DNA of 62,894 bases, counting the filler, from Hyphochytrium catenoides (taxonomy: Eukaryota > Protista > Hyphochytriomycota), in assembly GCA_900088475.1 (NCBI GenBank). It is 14 parts of 14 records of this genome, joined end to end, with 100 filler letters (N's around TTAATTAATTAA, not from the genome) between each part and the next. Parts side by side here need not be neighbours in the genome. Positions count along the whole stretch, not along the records: positions 1 to 18,695 come from FLMG01003904.1; positions 18,796 to 25,370 come from FLMG01000051.1; 12 more parts are not named here. One strand, written 5' to 3'. This document shows, one piece after another, positions 11,601-24,347 of the stretch. The notes under the pieces were generated by a model. It worked only from the letters and a program-made list of their open reading frames with translations, ran no database searches and was not told where the DNA came from. Numbering within the stretch: position 1 is the stretch's first letter; every line of letters begins with the position of its first letter. The translations under genes and the position numbers were made by a program.

Positions 11601-12753
11601 GCTGTCGCTAGGAGTGAACCCAAATGCTTTTCACTTCACCCTGCTCCTAGGAGGCTATGGTTCAGTGGGTAAGTGGCAGGCTATGGAGGAGGTCCTGCAC
11701 AAGCGCATGCCTGAGGCTGGGGTGAAGCCCAATGAGTTCAGCTGCTCTGAGGTTTTGAAGGCGTACATTAAGGCTGGAGAGCTTGAGAGGGCAGATGTAT
11801 TTCTACGTGACGGAATGCTGTCGCTAGGAGTAAGGCCAACTGTTATTCACTTCAACCTGCTTCTGGGAGGCTATGGTTCAGTGGGTAAGTTGCAGGCTAT
11901 GGAGGAGATCCTGTACAAGCGCATGCCTGAGGCTGGTGTGAAACCCGATGAGATCAGCTGCTCTGAGGTACTGAAGGCGTACATCAAGGCCAGAGAGCTT
12001 GAAAAAGCAGATACATTTCTGCGTGACGGAATGCTGTCGCTAGGAGTAAAGCCAACTGCTATTCACTTCACCCAGCTTCTGGGAGGCTATGGTTCAGTGG
12101 GTAAGTGGCAGGCGGTGGAGGAGATCCTGTACAAGCGCATGCCTGAGGCTGGTGTGGAGCCCGTTGAGATCACCCGCTTGGAGGTACTGAAGGCATATCT
12201 TATGGCCAGAGAGGTTGAAAAAGCAGATACATTTCTGCGTGACGGAATGCTGTCGCTAGGAGTAAAGCCAACTGCTATTCACTTCACCCTGCTGCTAAGA
12301 GGCTATGGTTCGGGGGGTGACTGGCAGGCAATGGAGGGGATCCTGTACAAGCGCATGCCTGAGGCTGGTGTGAAGCCCGATGAGATCGCCTGCTCTGAGG
12401 TACTGAAGGCGTATCTTAAGGCCAGCGAGCTTGAAAGAGCAGATACATTTCTGCGTGACGGAATGCTGTCGCTAGGAGTAAAGCCAACTGCTATTCACTT
12501 CACCCAGCTTCTGGGAGGCTATGGTTCAGTGGGTAAGTGGCAGGCTATGGAGGATATCCTGTACAATCGCATGCCTGAGGCTGGTGTGAAGCCCAATGAG
12601 ATTACCTGCTTGGAGGTACTCAAGGCGTATCTTAAGGCCAGAGAGCTTGAAAGAGCAGATACATTTCTGCGTGACGGTATACCGTCCCTCGGAGTAAATC
12701 CGCACGCTAGACGTGTTCGCTTGATCATGGAGAGGTATCGTTCTTCCAAGTGA
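8681..12753 (+). CDS. Pentatricopeptide-repeat protein, copy 2 (paralogue of 2870-6625, spans an assembly gap at 11095-11120)
   Basis: Near-identical N-terminus, linkers and C-terminus (ARRVR[SL]IMERYRSSK) to copy 1. ORFs 8660-11230 and 11074-12753 are two halves separated only by 26 Ns. Modules at 9017-9997, 10163-11238 and 11410-12705. Confidence 0.9.
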
Positions 12754-14222
12754 TGCCGCTTCACTTTGTCGAGGATTTTATACCTGCTGATAGGTGTGCT
12801 GCGCGGGTGCTTCGATGGGGAAGTCAAGTTTTTTGAGGTGGCGGATCTCTGTCATCCTGCTGCCCAGGAGCGTGATGAGTAGGAGCTGTTAGGATTAGTT
12901 CTGGCTGTTCCGCGTATCCTTTATCCATAGAGGCAGTTAGCGACCGTCTTTCTTTGATGATAGTGATGTGTCGAAGGAGAGCTTGCAGGACGTGGGAGGC
13001 TTCTCACGCCCTCAGAGGACCCACACTCTCCCCTTGTGAGTCCAATTAACTCGATACCGTTAAATCCAGCTGTCTCACTGGCGGTGCACACCACCTTGAC
13101 AGCCAATTAAAAGAAAGACCTTTATAGTTTTAAGACTAACCGCTGGCGACGGAATGGCGCTGCCCCACAGACATTATCGGGATGAAGACTCAATTCTCTT
13201 AAACGCAGTGGAGTTGGTCTAGTATTTGATCCTTATGGCAGGGCTTGGCCTGAGAGGTGAAGGCTGTGAACCGATGAGGTCTGCAGCAAGCGAGGGTTGT
13301 TGGAGTGCCCTAAGGGAGAGTTAATGAGCAGCTTCAAGCAGGTTAGTCAGAGGTTAGAGGAAACAACAAGTGGCCAAGCCTATGACCCTAGCTATGGTCT
13401 TCTTTCTTTTGGGAGCCCATCTCAGCCGTATAACAATAGTTTGTACTCGAAGAAGCTTTGGAGCAGAAGAGACTGGTGTATCATCCCAGCAAAGGGTCCA
13501 GGATGATGGCTCTCTCTTGAAACGCCTGAGAAAAATCCTAGGAGGTGGAGGCTTCCCGAAGTCTTGAGGAGAGAGACTAAGACGAGCTTGAGGGGCACCT
13601 CCGGACCAGGTAGAGAACCTCTAACTCCAATCACTATCACTATTGCACTACTTCGTTCTTGAGTTGCAGTTGACAAGCTAGCATTCGCTAACCCACAAAA
13701 AGTATGGTTTGACAGACCGGCAAAAGGACTCCAGGGAATTGAACTCTGCAACTGTACAATGCTGGCAGCGTAGTGTCATAGATGAGGATGAAAACCCGAG
13801 GCAGACAAGAGGGTTACATGCACATGATGCAAGAGCGAGGGTCCCAGTAGAGCGACGGGAGAGTAAAGCTAGGTATTTGCTGAGAGACCAAGGCTGCCAG
13901 AAGTAGAAGTCATCCTTGCGTGCACTCTCGAGCCATAGAGTCTAAACACCCAAACAACCAATGTTGGGCTCTCTAGTGTGTCAAGGGCAGTTTTGACTGA
14001 AATGTGGTCAGCCTTGCTAACTTTGCGCACGGCTAAGACGTCGATTCAAGACACAAGGCCCCGCTCGCGTTATCAAGGAGAATCATCGGATTCAGTTCCT
14101 TTTCTATAAGCAGATGGACCGTGAAGAAGGCAGTGAGATCAAGTGAAACTCCAAGCAGAGCGCTAGGTAAAGAAGGAGGAAACACGTCTCAGAAGTGCAT
14201 TATAGTGAGTGGGACCAATAGC

Positions 14223-14582
14223 TTAGTAGTCATCGCCTCCGCCGCCGAACATGTCCATTCCGCCGCCAAGGTCAGCCTCTTCCTCCTCTTCCTCCTCCTT
14301 CTTGGCAGGAGCACCAGCAGCAGGTCCTGCACCAGCAGCAGCAGCACCACCAGCGGCAGCAGCACCACCTCCGCCGCCGCCGATAGAGACCGATGAGATC
14401 TTGGCCTTGCCTGCAGCCACAACCTCGTTGATGTCCTTGCCCTCGAGCTCGGAAATGAGAGCGTTGAGCTTCTCAGAATCAGCCTCAGCGCCAACTGCGC
14501 TCAGGATAGCTTCTACTGCAGAAGCATCGGGGGAGGTGTTGCCTCCAAGAACGGCTAGGAGATAAGCAGCTACGTGACGCAT
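14223..14582 (-). CDS. RPLP2: 60S acidic ribosomal protein P2
   Basis: MRHVAAYLLAVLGGNTSP...ILSAVGAEAD...LISELEGKDINEVVAAG, an Ala/Gly hinge and an acidic tail. The ATG directly follows a 5'-UTR intron at 14583-14678 (GTGAGT...TCCAG). Confidence 0.96.
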   Translation of the reverse strand: MRHVAAYLLAVLGGNTSPDASAVEAILSAVGAEADSEKLNALISELEGKDINEVVAAGKAKISSVSIGGGGGGAAAAGGAAAAGAGPAAGAPAKKEEEEEEEADLGGGMDMFGGGGDDY

Positions 14583-15217
14583 CTGGAGACGAAAGAGAGA
14601 CAGCAGAGATCCATCGACAAGCTTTAATTTCTTTAAACCCAGCGCTTCAATGACAAGTTCAGGAACTCTAAGACTCACCTTTTTTAAGGTTGAATACCTG
14701 ACAACGTCTTGTTTCGCTGCCTTTGCGTAGATATGATGGTGATGAAGATTTGGAGAGCAAAGTCCGAGGTGCTGTCCGCGTCTCCGGCTGGTGAAGCTTG
14801 CTCAGAGCTTCAGATCTCCTCCGTTATTGGCTTTCCAGGCCGCGCCGTGAGTGGTGGCGGCAGGATGACCCCTATAGCCAAGCAGTAGGGTTAGTACAGA
14901 GCCATTATATTCCGGTACATCCTTATAGGGGGTCTAAATATCTAACCTCCCTTTATATGAGGTTGAGGAAGTAGATCACAGGCTAGTTCCGACTAAAGCC
15001 TTTGGCCAAGGATACATTGACGCCTTTATGGAGAAAAATATAGATATATGATAATCTCATACTAAGCTAAAATGGTAACTATTTCAAGTTGATAAATTCC
15101 CAGAGTTCGTTTACGACCTAATCATTAACAGCTTTCGTCCGTGAATCCTATCTTCAATCCCACGGCACTTCCTAAACCTACGCCTCTCTGATTTTAGATG
15201 GGTTTCTTCAAAATAAG

Positions 15218-18089
15218 ATGTGGTTCTGTCTCGTTTTTGCCATAATCGAGGATGCTGATTCGGGATTTTGGCGCTTGTACAGGGCGCTGAGGCGTGAGTC
15301 ACATCATCCGTGCCGCAGTCCGCGTCCCACTGTCATCGAAGTAACAGCTTCCACTTTCTGGGCCCTCATCTATAGAGCAGAAGTCTCTAGAATGTCGGGG
15401 CGGAGTACGTGAAGAAGCTTCACGTCCAGAAGCAGGGATACATCTACACTGGAAGCTCTGTCTAAGTGTGTTCCTGCAATCCCTGATCCTGTAAGCGGCA
15501 CCGGTGCTGTCCATCATGTCCTTTGCTGGGAGCAAAGGGCAGGAGAAGAAGAGTGGATCTACAGCGAGCATTGAGATTGATCTAAGCAAAGAAGGCATCG
15601 CCACCGCAGTGGCTCACTCTATAATCGGGAGGAGAAGCAGACAGGAGGTAGGGACTGATCACTAGCACGGGAGCCGAGCAGTCGAGAGCTGACGTGTACA
15701 AGGATCGGCCTTTTCCCCATCTACTGTCCATGTAGTCTGGCTTGGTTTTGCCTTCTTTCTCCCATACTTCAGCCATCTTCTTGCTTTGGCGTGGCGGAGT
15801 CTCTAAATAGAGCTTTGGGTCCTCATCCGCATATAAGCCTCTTTTTCACAATCCTCTCTATTTCTTCTTTCCTTTGTTCTGTCGCCCTAGTTGCCGAAGG
15901 GCCTTTCTCTTTTCTTTCCATAGACATATAACAAGCTACGTCTTCTTATTCGTTCTGATCCGTGGTCCAACCTATATCTGTCTCACTTACTGCTAGGACA
16001 CCGCCTACATCAGCGATCCGGAAGGTAGAGTACCTATCAATGTCAGGTGTGGCTCAGGGACACAAATCTATGGCGTGTTCGATGGACATGGCGGCAACAG
16101 AGCCTCAGGATTCTGTGCAGAGAAGATTGCTTCATATGTGAGCAGCTTTGAGCAGGAGACCAACAGATTGGACGAGAACGTGCTGGCGAAAGCACTGAGA
16201 CAACTAGGTAAACCGTTTATTCTCTCTTTGTCCTCTTCCTTCGCCACCCGCAGGGTCCGAACTTCATTATTCTTTTTGCTCGTCGTTGTCCTTCCCGCCA
16301 GCTGCCTTTCTTGATGTCTGGGTGTGGGCTTATTATGCATCTCTGATCACCCTCATCCTCCATTCTACCGCCAGTCAACTACGTCGCTTACTCTCGGCTT
16401 CCCAACCCTCTCTACTATTCTGCCATAATACTAGTCTAATGCTAGCTGCTGCGTGGCAATATGCCCCTCTGGTTCTACTAGCGGTATTCTGACCTTCTTT
16501 CCTTAGATGCGGACTTCTGCAGTTGCGTTGACACGGTCAGGACACCGCATTCCCGTTATATCATGGACGATGGGACCACCGCCATTGTTGTCGTCCTGAG
16601 AGAAAAGACTTTGTACGTGGGAAATGTAGGAGATTCAAGGGCAATCCTGATCAGGAGCGACTGGAGTACTCTTCCGCTGTCCAGAGGTACGACTACAGCT
16701 TGCTATAGCTAGAAACCAGGGATGGTGCGTTTTGCCCCAGGATATGGAAAGATAAAGAGAAGATCTTATGAGTGTTTGCGCTGAATCGGCGAGAGTCAGT
16801 TAGGTAATGCCTAGAGCAACCAAGAGAATATCGAGAGAAGGGGAAGAGGGAGGAGTGGGCAAGCCCATGTGAGCAGTGGACAAATTAGCTGACGAGAACT
16901 CTTGCGCTTTTGTCCAGATCAAAAGCCATCGCGGCCAGACGAGAAACAGCGATTGGAGGCCAGTGGTGCGAAGGTCACTGGATTAGTTTTTGGCTGTGAA
17001 TTCCCGCGGTTCTTGCTGCACTATTGGCCGTTTAGCATGATATTCGACGTGCCCCGAGTGAACGGCATCTTGGCGGTAAGTTACGCTAGCAGCGGCGGAC
17101 TCCTCATACTCCCCTCATCTTGCCTCTTCTACCGCTTGCTTTACTGCATCTCCCTTTAGATTGAGCTTCGGTCATTTTCTCTTGTCGCAATCTTGCTATC
17201 CTCCTTTAACCCCTATACCAGTGTCTTCTGTTTATTTTGCCGGCGCCCTACGTACTTGTACATGAGCAGCTATCGGTGCTCTTACTCTTTTCCCATCTGC
17301 TGTTGGCCCTTTGCTACTGTACTATTCATACTGAAAGGCCATGGAGGGATTGTCATATCCGGTTTGCTCTCTACCGACCGGCGACTGCCTTTCAAGTGTA
17401 TCTTCCCTTCTTTACTACCCTGTCCAAGACTTTAGTGAGGCTGTCCCGCTGTCTTCTATCCACTTCATATACAACCCACTTTCTCGCCATTATTGCTTGC
17501 TCTGTCCGTCCATTATCACACCCACTCAGCTAAATGAATACCGTCTTTTCTCTCGCGCCCTGTCTTCTCCCAGATGTCACGAGCCATTGGGGACCGAGGG
17601 TTAAAGAGCTTTATTATCTCTGAGCCTGAGGTGGAGAGGTTCGAACTTACAGAAGGAAGAGACCAATTCTTAGTGCTTGCGACAGACGGCGTCTGGGATG
17701 TGCTAGACAACAAGCGCGTTGCCAACATAATCCGCGGAGAACTTACGAAGTTCGGATCAGAGAGCTACACTGTCTCCCAGCTGCTCGAGAGGGCAGCCAG
17801 AGCAATATGCATGAGAGCGATGAAGTCAGGAAGTTTGGACAATATCACGGTGGTCATTGTAGACCTAAGGCCAGTATTCCTCAGCACTAAACGGCAGCTG
17901 AAGCAGCCGATGAGCGCGGAGAACAGTGGAAGGCTGGGGGGGAGAGGACCTTCCTCTTGCTCTTCTTCTTTCAAGACGCCTGTTGTGCAAGCGAGTCCGT
18001 CAACCGCTTCGGAGGAAGAGGAGCTGGTGGTGGAGACGGGCGTCTGTGTGGAAATTATGGCAGAAAGCAGCAACATCATGGCGTCATAG
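15218..18089 (+). CDS. Protein phosphatase 2C (PPM family), spliced
   Basis: In-phase exons 15496-15647, 15997-16207, 16507-16686, 16918-17075 and 17574-18089 give GRRSRQED, GVFDGHGG, DGTTA, NVGDSRA, SRDQKP, RVNGILAMSRAIGD, LATDGVWDV and GSLDNITV. The first exon 15218-15404 is tentative; alternative start ATG 15516. Confidence 0.92.
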
Positions 18090-19331
18090 TGCGAGAAGAG
18101 AAGATTAGGAGAAAGAGGAGGAGAACGAGGGACTGCTGAGTCCTAATGGCAATATTTATTCTTTTAAGTCGTTGTTGCAGGCAGTAAAATCCACTGTTAG
18201 CCTCCGTTGAACTGAGGCGCGATACTCCTCTGTCCTAACTGCTCTAGGAACTGTCATTAGCTCGGCTTTCTCTCTTCTTCCTTCTTCTCGTTAGCTCTTC
18301 TTTTACACTTAGGTTATTATCTATTCTCCTATTTACCCTTCTGACTTGTCTCTTCTCTCGCCTTCTTCTTCATCTTCTTTTCCTTAGCTGTGGTTCGTTT
18401 ATCTATTCTTCTCCTTGTTACTTTCTAACCTCGGCCCCTCCAGCCGTCCTCCTCTTCTTCTTCGCTTAGCACCATCATCCTGCTGATGTTGATGGCTCTT
18501 CTATTTAATTTGATCCTTCACGATCGATGGTCCTCTTGTCGCTATTATCTCTTCCTTCTCAATCCCTCTTTCACAAATTATGCTCCTTCGTGCTCCCCTC
18601 TCTACTTGCGTTCATTCTCAGCACTTTCTCTCTCTTTCTTTTTCTCTTTTTTATTCTCCTCCCCCACCCCACCCCCTCCACTCCTGGTTCTCCTCNNNNN
18701 NNNNNNNNNNNNNNNNNNNNNNNNNNNNNNNNNNNNNNNTTAATTAATTAANNNNNNNNNNNNNNNNNNNNNNNNNNNNNNNNNNNNNNNNNNNNGAAGC
18801 AGAGAGAGAGAGAGAGATCCAATAGAGTGACAAAGAGAGAAAAGAGGAGAGAGAGAGAGAGAAAGAGAGAGAGAGAAAAAGGAAATGAGACCAAAGAAAG
18901 GGTCCGCAGAGAGAGTGAAGAGAGAGAGAGAGAGTGTGTTAGCATCAAGACAAGCAAGATAAGCTTCAGCTTCTTAGAGATCTAGGCTTTTAGTTCTCGC
19001 GGCGAGGAAGAAGGGAGGAGAGAGAGAGAGAAACAGAGAGAGAATGAGAAAGAGAGAAACAGAGAGAGGAAGGGAGAGTTTTATTTGGCAAGAAGCAAAA
19101 AGAAAAAGGAGAGGAAGGGACAGTGTGAAGGACACGAGACTTGGTTGGAAAAAAAGACAGAAAGAGCAGAGAGAGAATGAAAGAGATTGAGAAACAAAGG
19201 AGAGACAGGGAGAGACACGAAAACGGAGAGAGAACAAACCGAGAGGGGAAATCCAGAGAGAGAGAGAGAGAGAGAAGTAGCAGGAGACAGAGAAGATAAG
19301 AGAGAGGGTCAAAGTCTTGACGGGGCGTTAC

Positions 19332-19829
19332 CTCGAGGTAGAATGGCGCGATAGAGACAAAGTCGATCATGTTGGAGGCGTCCGTCACAAACTGACGCGT
19401 GTCGTTCGCGATGAAGAGCCGGATCACGAACTCCAAAGTAAAGACTTTGGTGGCCAGGATGGGGAGAGAGGAAGAGGGAAAGAGAGAGTGAGGAAAAGAG
19501 GAGAGAGAGAGAGAGAGAGAGCAGAAGAACAGAGAACCAAGCGCGAAAAGAAGGGACGGAAGAGATGATAACGAAGTGGAGCGGAAGGAATCCAGAGGAA
19601 AAAGGGAGAGAGAGCGCGAGGAGAGAGCGGGCGGGAGAGAGAGAGAGAGAGAGANNNNNNNNNNNNNNNNNNNNNNNNNNNNNNNNNNNNNNNNNNNNNN
19701 NNNNNNNNNTTGTCAAAGAATGGAACAAGCCGTAGAAGCAAGCCCAAAGAAAAGGACGGAAAGGCCGATGGGTCCTTGTTTCTCCATAACTTTCCTCTTT
19801 TTCCATGCACCGCAGTTATCTCATATGCT

Positions 19830-19864
<35 letters not shown>

Positions 19865-20413
19865 TCTCCCCTTACCTGCCGCAAAGAGAAGCTCTAGTGG
19901 TCCCCAGAGGCTGTCGAGGCTCATCATGGCGAAGGGATTGCGGTTGCACTGGTGACGGAGACAAACATCATGGAGCCCTGTCCCGCTCAACTGCCTCTGT
20001 GTGCGGAATGGCCGGCTGAGGAGAGAAAGAGCAGGAGAATGGACACAGAGGGAGAAAGAAGAAGAAGAGAGAGAGAGAGAAAAAGAGAGAGAGAGAGAGC
20101 AAGAGAGAGAGAGAGAGAGAGAGAGAAAGAGGAGATGTTAGAAGAGAGGAGGAGAATAATCTTCCGTCCTCACGAATGACGGACACAAGAGTCCATAGAA
20201 CAGAGAGAGAGAGGTACAGAACTGGATGAGAGGAAATAACGACAGATAAAGCTAGAGAGAGTAAGAGAGACAGTGGAAGAGGCTCATACAGAGAGAGAAA
20301 AACATATTTGCAGCGGCTGGTGAGGAGAGTCCACCAACAGAGAAGACGAGCCACCAAGTAAAGAGATTCAAGAGACAGAAAAATCAGCTAAAAGAGAGAC
20401 AGCGTGAAGAGAA

Positions 20414-20455
<42 letters not shown>

Positions 20456-20663
20456 CTTCCCCAGGCAGGACACAGACAGCTTACTCTTGAAGAGAGAGAC
20501 TTACGGTTGGTTGAAGGTGTTGTTGCATGTCAGAGCTCCTTCCGCGAGTGATCCAAAGTTATAACCTCCTCCAAAGCAATCAGAGGGCCGTGGGTCGCCC
20601 TTGCAGAAGAAAACGAGCTGCCAAACGGGACACAAAGAGAGAGAGAGAGAGACACACACAGAC

Positions 20664-20714
<51 letters not shown>

Positions 20715-20953
20715 GAGAGAGCCATAAGAGAAAGAAGAAGTGAGAGCAGGACAGAGGGACAGACAGAGAAATACCATTCCCTTACTCTGATCTATAAGAA
20801 GGTAGGAAGACAAGAAAGACTGGAGAGACTGGGAGGAGAGAGAGAGAGAAAGAGAGAGAGCACAGGCAATACTAGTAGGAGATATCCCACATGCTATGCT
20901 CTCTCTCTCTCTCTCTCCCCTATGTGTTCCTTTCTTCTCTCTCTTTTCCTCCC

Positions 20954-20990
<37 letters not shown>

Positions 20991-21274
20991 TTCCTTACCG
21001 TCTCTTCCGATTGCGTGCCATTTGGATGAAAGACAAAGCAGCCAGGGTCAGAGAGAGAGTTGGTTTGGGCGGCCGCGCAATACTTAAAGACAGCGTTCTC
21101 ACAGTGCCACGTGGACTCTCCCCAAGCTTGAAGGTCAGGCATCGTCTCGGAGAAGAAGCAGAGACAAGAGAAGAGAGTCATGAACATGATGAAGCGGAAG
21201 ATAAAGCTGCGCACGCCGACGTACAGGGAAAGAGAAAAGGGGGAGAGAGAGAGACAGAGAGAGGGAGAGACAGA

Positions 21275-21319
<45 letters not shown>

Positions 21320-21899
21320 TTCAAGACGAGAGAAAGAAGTTAGCATAGGGGGGAGAAAGAGAAATCGGAAGAGAGACAGGAAGAAACGGCATCAGAAAAG
21401 AGAAAAGAGTGGAGAGGGAAGAACAGAGAAGCAATTGGGAGGAGAGGAAGACAGGAGTAAGAGGAGGGGAAGAGAATCGACCGAATTGTAGAGGAGACAA
21501 GAGAAGGGTAGACGAAGAAGAGGAGAAAGAGAGGAAAGAGGAAAGAAGATCAAAGAAGGGGTCATGAGAGGAGAGAAGAAAAAACGGAAGTGAAGAAACA
21601 GCGGCAGGAGAAGATTGTGACCGTTAGAGAGTTCCAGGAGAGGGGTTAGGAGAGAGAAGGAGAAGAGAGAGTGCATGAGGCAGAGAAAGACAGAGAGAGA
21701 ACAAAGGGAGAGAGAAGTGAGGGAGAAGAGCAACCGATGGGGGAGAAGGGAGGGAAAGAGAGAGGACGGAGAAAGAGAGAGAGAGGATGAAATGGTAAGA
21801 TAAAGTTATGCGGGACAGAATGAACTCTCTCTCTATCCATCATCTCTCCCTATGCATCTCTCTCTATTATACGATGGGCTTCTGTCTCTCCATCCACCC

Positions 21900-21939
<40 letters not shown>

Positions 21940-22335
21940 TACGTGCCAAGTGCGGAGCCATCAGGAACTTCCATCAGGAACCACATCTGCTGCCGAAATC
22001 TCTGAAGCGCCATCTGCGTCCTTCGGCCGAAGATCCATTCTTTCTTAACCTTCACCGCGGGACTATAGGACCAGGGAGGACAGGTAAGGAAAGGGGCCGG
22101 AGAGAGAGAGAGATTGCGAGAACAAGAAGAAAGAGAGACAGAGAGAGAAAGAGAGAGAGAAGGAGGGAGAGGGAGAAGGGGAGAGAGAGTGATAGGAGGA
22201 GAGAGACAATGGACGGAAGGTGAGAGTGAGGGTGCGGCAGGAGAAGGGAGATAGTGAACGAAGGAAAGGGGGAAAGCGGGGAAGAGGAAACAAGAAAGGG
22301 AGAAAGGAGTTTAAGGAGAGAGAGAGATTGAGATT

Positions 22336-22386
<51 letters not shown>

Positions 22387-22732
22387 GGGCGGAGCGAGTT
22401 AGGGTCGCGAAGAGAGAGGAGAGGAGAAGGGAGGTGACTGAAGCGAAAATTTGAATGGCTATTCTGGCCGCAATGGCGCGCTGGTCCTTTCTCTCCCTCT
22501 TTTTCTCTCTCTCTTCCTCCACCTTTCCTGTCCGCTCTTCTGTTTCTCCTCTCCCACTTCATCCCTCTCTCTCTCTCTCGCTCTCTCCTATTTGCTTACC
22601 TGATGAAGTGGATTGGAGAAGATGTGGCTGCGCTCCCTTGCGCAGCCTTTCGCTTGATGTCTTGGTACTTCCTCTGTATCTCCGTTGGCTCCTCCACATC
22701 CTTCTGGAACACCGCCTCGCGCATTCTCACCT

Positions 22733-22780
<48 letters not shown>

Positions 22781-23557
22781 GGGGACAGATTCGGACGAAT
22801 TCCGAGAGAGAGAGGAAGAGGAGAGGAGAGAGAGAGAAGAAGAAAAAGAGCCTGGGAGAGACAGCGATGGGGAGAAGCGGAATATGAGAGACAAACGTAG
22901 AGANNNNNNNNNNNNNNNNNNNNNNNNNNNNNNNNNNNNNNNNNNNNNNAGAGAGAGGGAGAGAGGAGAGAGAGACGGACAGACAGATAATGGGACAGAC
23001 AGACAAATAGACTGGGGGAAGAGAGAGAGAGAGAGAGAGAGTGTGTGTGTGGACGAGAGAGAGAGAGAGAGAGAGTGGAAGAGAGAGAGGAAGGGAGAAG
23101 AGATGGACAGAGACACAAAAAGACAAAAAGACTGGTGGGGAAAAAGAGAGAGAGACAGAAAGAGAGAGACTGGAAAAGAGAGAGGGAAAGAGAGGGACCG
23201 AGAGAGAGACATCGCCGGCCCCCGGGTGGGTTCCCTTACCCATTTGGAGGACTGGTGGAGAGAGGAGATATCCCTAATGAGCCGATGATGGTGCGTGACC
23301 AGGTGGTGGCTCATCTTCGTGACCTCTTCCAGGAGCCCGAGGAGCTGCTGCCCCGTGACGCCTGGGAAGCCTAAGATCAGGCAGAGCTCCTGCAGCTGCT
23401 CGTACACGGAACAGAAGGAAGACGTGACGGACATCCAACTGTCAGTGATGAAGTCGTGAGGACGCGCGCAGGTGTCTTTCCCTTGATGGTCCAGCAACCT
23501 GGGGGGGAGAGAGAGAGTGATAGAGANNNNNNNNNNNNNNNNNNNNNNNNNNNNNNN

Positions 23558-23591
<34 letters not shown>

Positions 23592-24313
23592 GAGAGGATT
23601 TAAGAGAAGAATAAAAGATGAAGTGTCGGTGCCGTTGACGTGAGAGAGAAGATGGGAAGAAGAGAGAGAGAGAAAGAGAAGAGAGAGTGCGTGAGAAGGG
23701 TTGAAGCCGGCCGCGACGGACAAGACAAACAAGGAGAACAGAAAGAATAAAGGAGGAAAAGTGAGAGGGAAGAGAGAGAGAGAGAAACGAGAGAGAGAGA
23801 CACACACACATATGTAGAGAGAGCAAAACGAGAAAGAGAGAAAAACGGAAAAAGAATGAGGGAGTGGGCGAGAGCGAGAGAAAGAGAAGGGGTTTGAGAA
23901 AAGAAAAGCGGTAGGAGAAAGCAAAAGATAACAAAAGGGGGAAACAAAGAGAGAGAGAAGACAAGAGAACGGAAATGAGAAATTACTGAGCTGCACCTGG
24001 ACGTTTTTTGAGATAATCTACAGATGAACACCAGGAGAGAGAAGAGATGGGGAGGAAAGAGGGACGAGGAAAGAGACAATCAGTAAAGTTAAAGCATCTC
24101 TCTCCTTACCTATGGACTGCGGGCGCTGATGACGGCGCGGCGTTCATGGAAATAAGAGACTGACGCCGAGAAGCTCTTGATGAGGCGCCGCGGATCGTCT
24201 CCAGATTTGCCGCGGTCTGCACACAGAGAGAGAGAGAGAGAGAGAGAATGCGGGATTGAAGAGATGGATTGAAAATCCGTGAGCTCTCTAACTTGCTTCC
24301 CCCACAATCTCTT

Positions 24314-24347
<34 letters not shown>

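Larger units (their letters stand above)
1..13520 (+). repeat. Tandem segmental duplication carrying the PPR genes
   Basis: Homologous blocks: 1-905 ~ 7298-8150; ~2610-2870 ~ ~8395-8681; 6626-7440 ~ 12754-13520. The block 'ccgtata...ttggagcagaagaga...caggatgatggctctct' occurs at 1, 7298 and ~13425. Confidence 0.9.

Noticed and set aside
2870-12753. TALE, ankyrin, TPR or OPR identity; PLS-DYW RNA editing factor
   Set aside because: The motif consensus is PPR-like, with no LTPxQVVAIAS or TPLH signature. There is no E domain or HxE...CxxC deaminase domain at the C-terminus.
4315-12827. Recurrent antisense ORFs over the PPR genes
   Set aside because: They are shadows of the repeated sense coding sequence.
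18740-18751. TTAATTAATTAA as a biological motif or piggyBac target
   Set aside because: It is always centred in an identical 100-nt N spacer, so it is an assembly linker.
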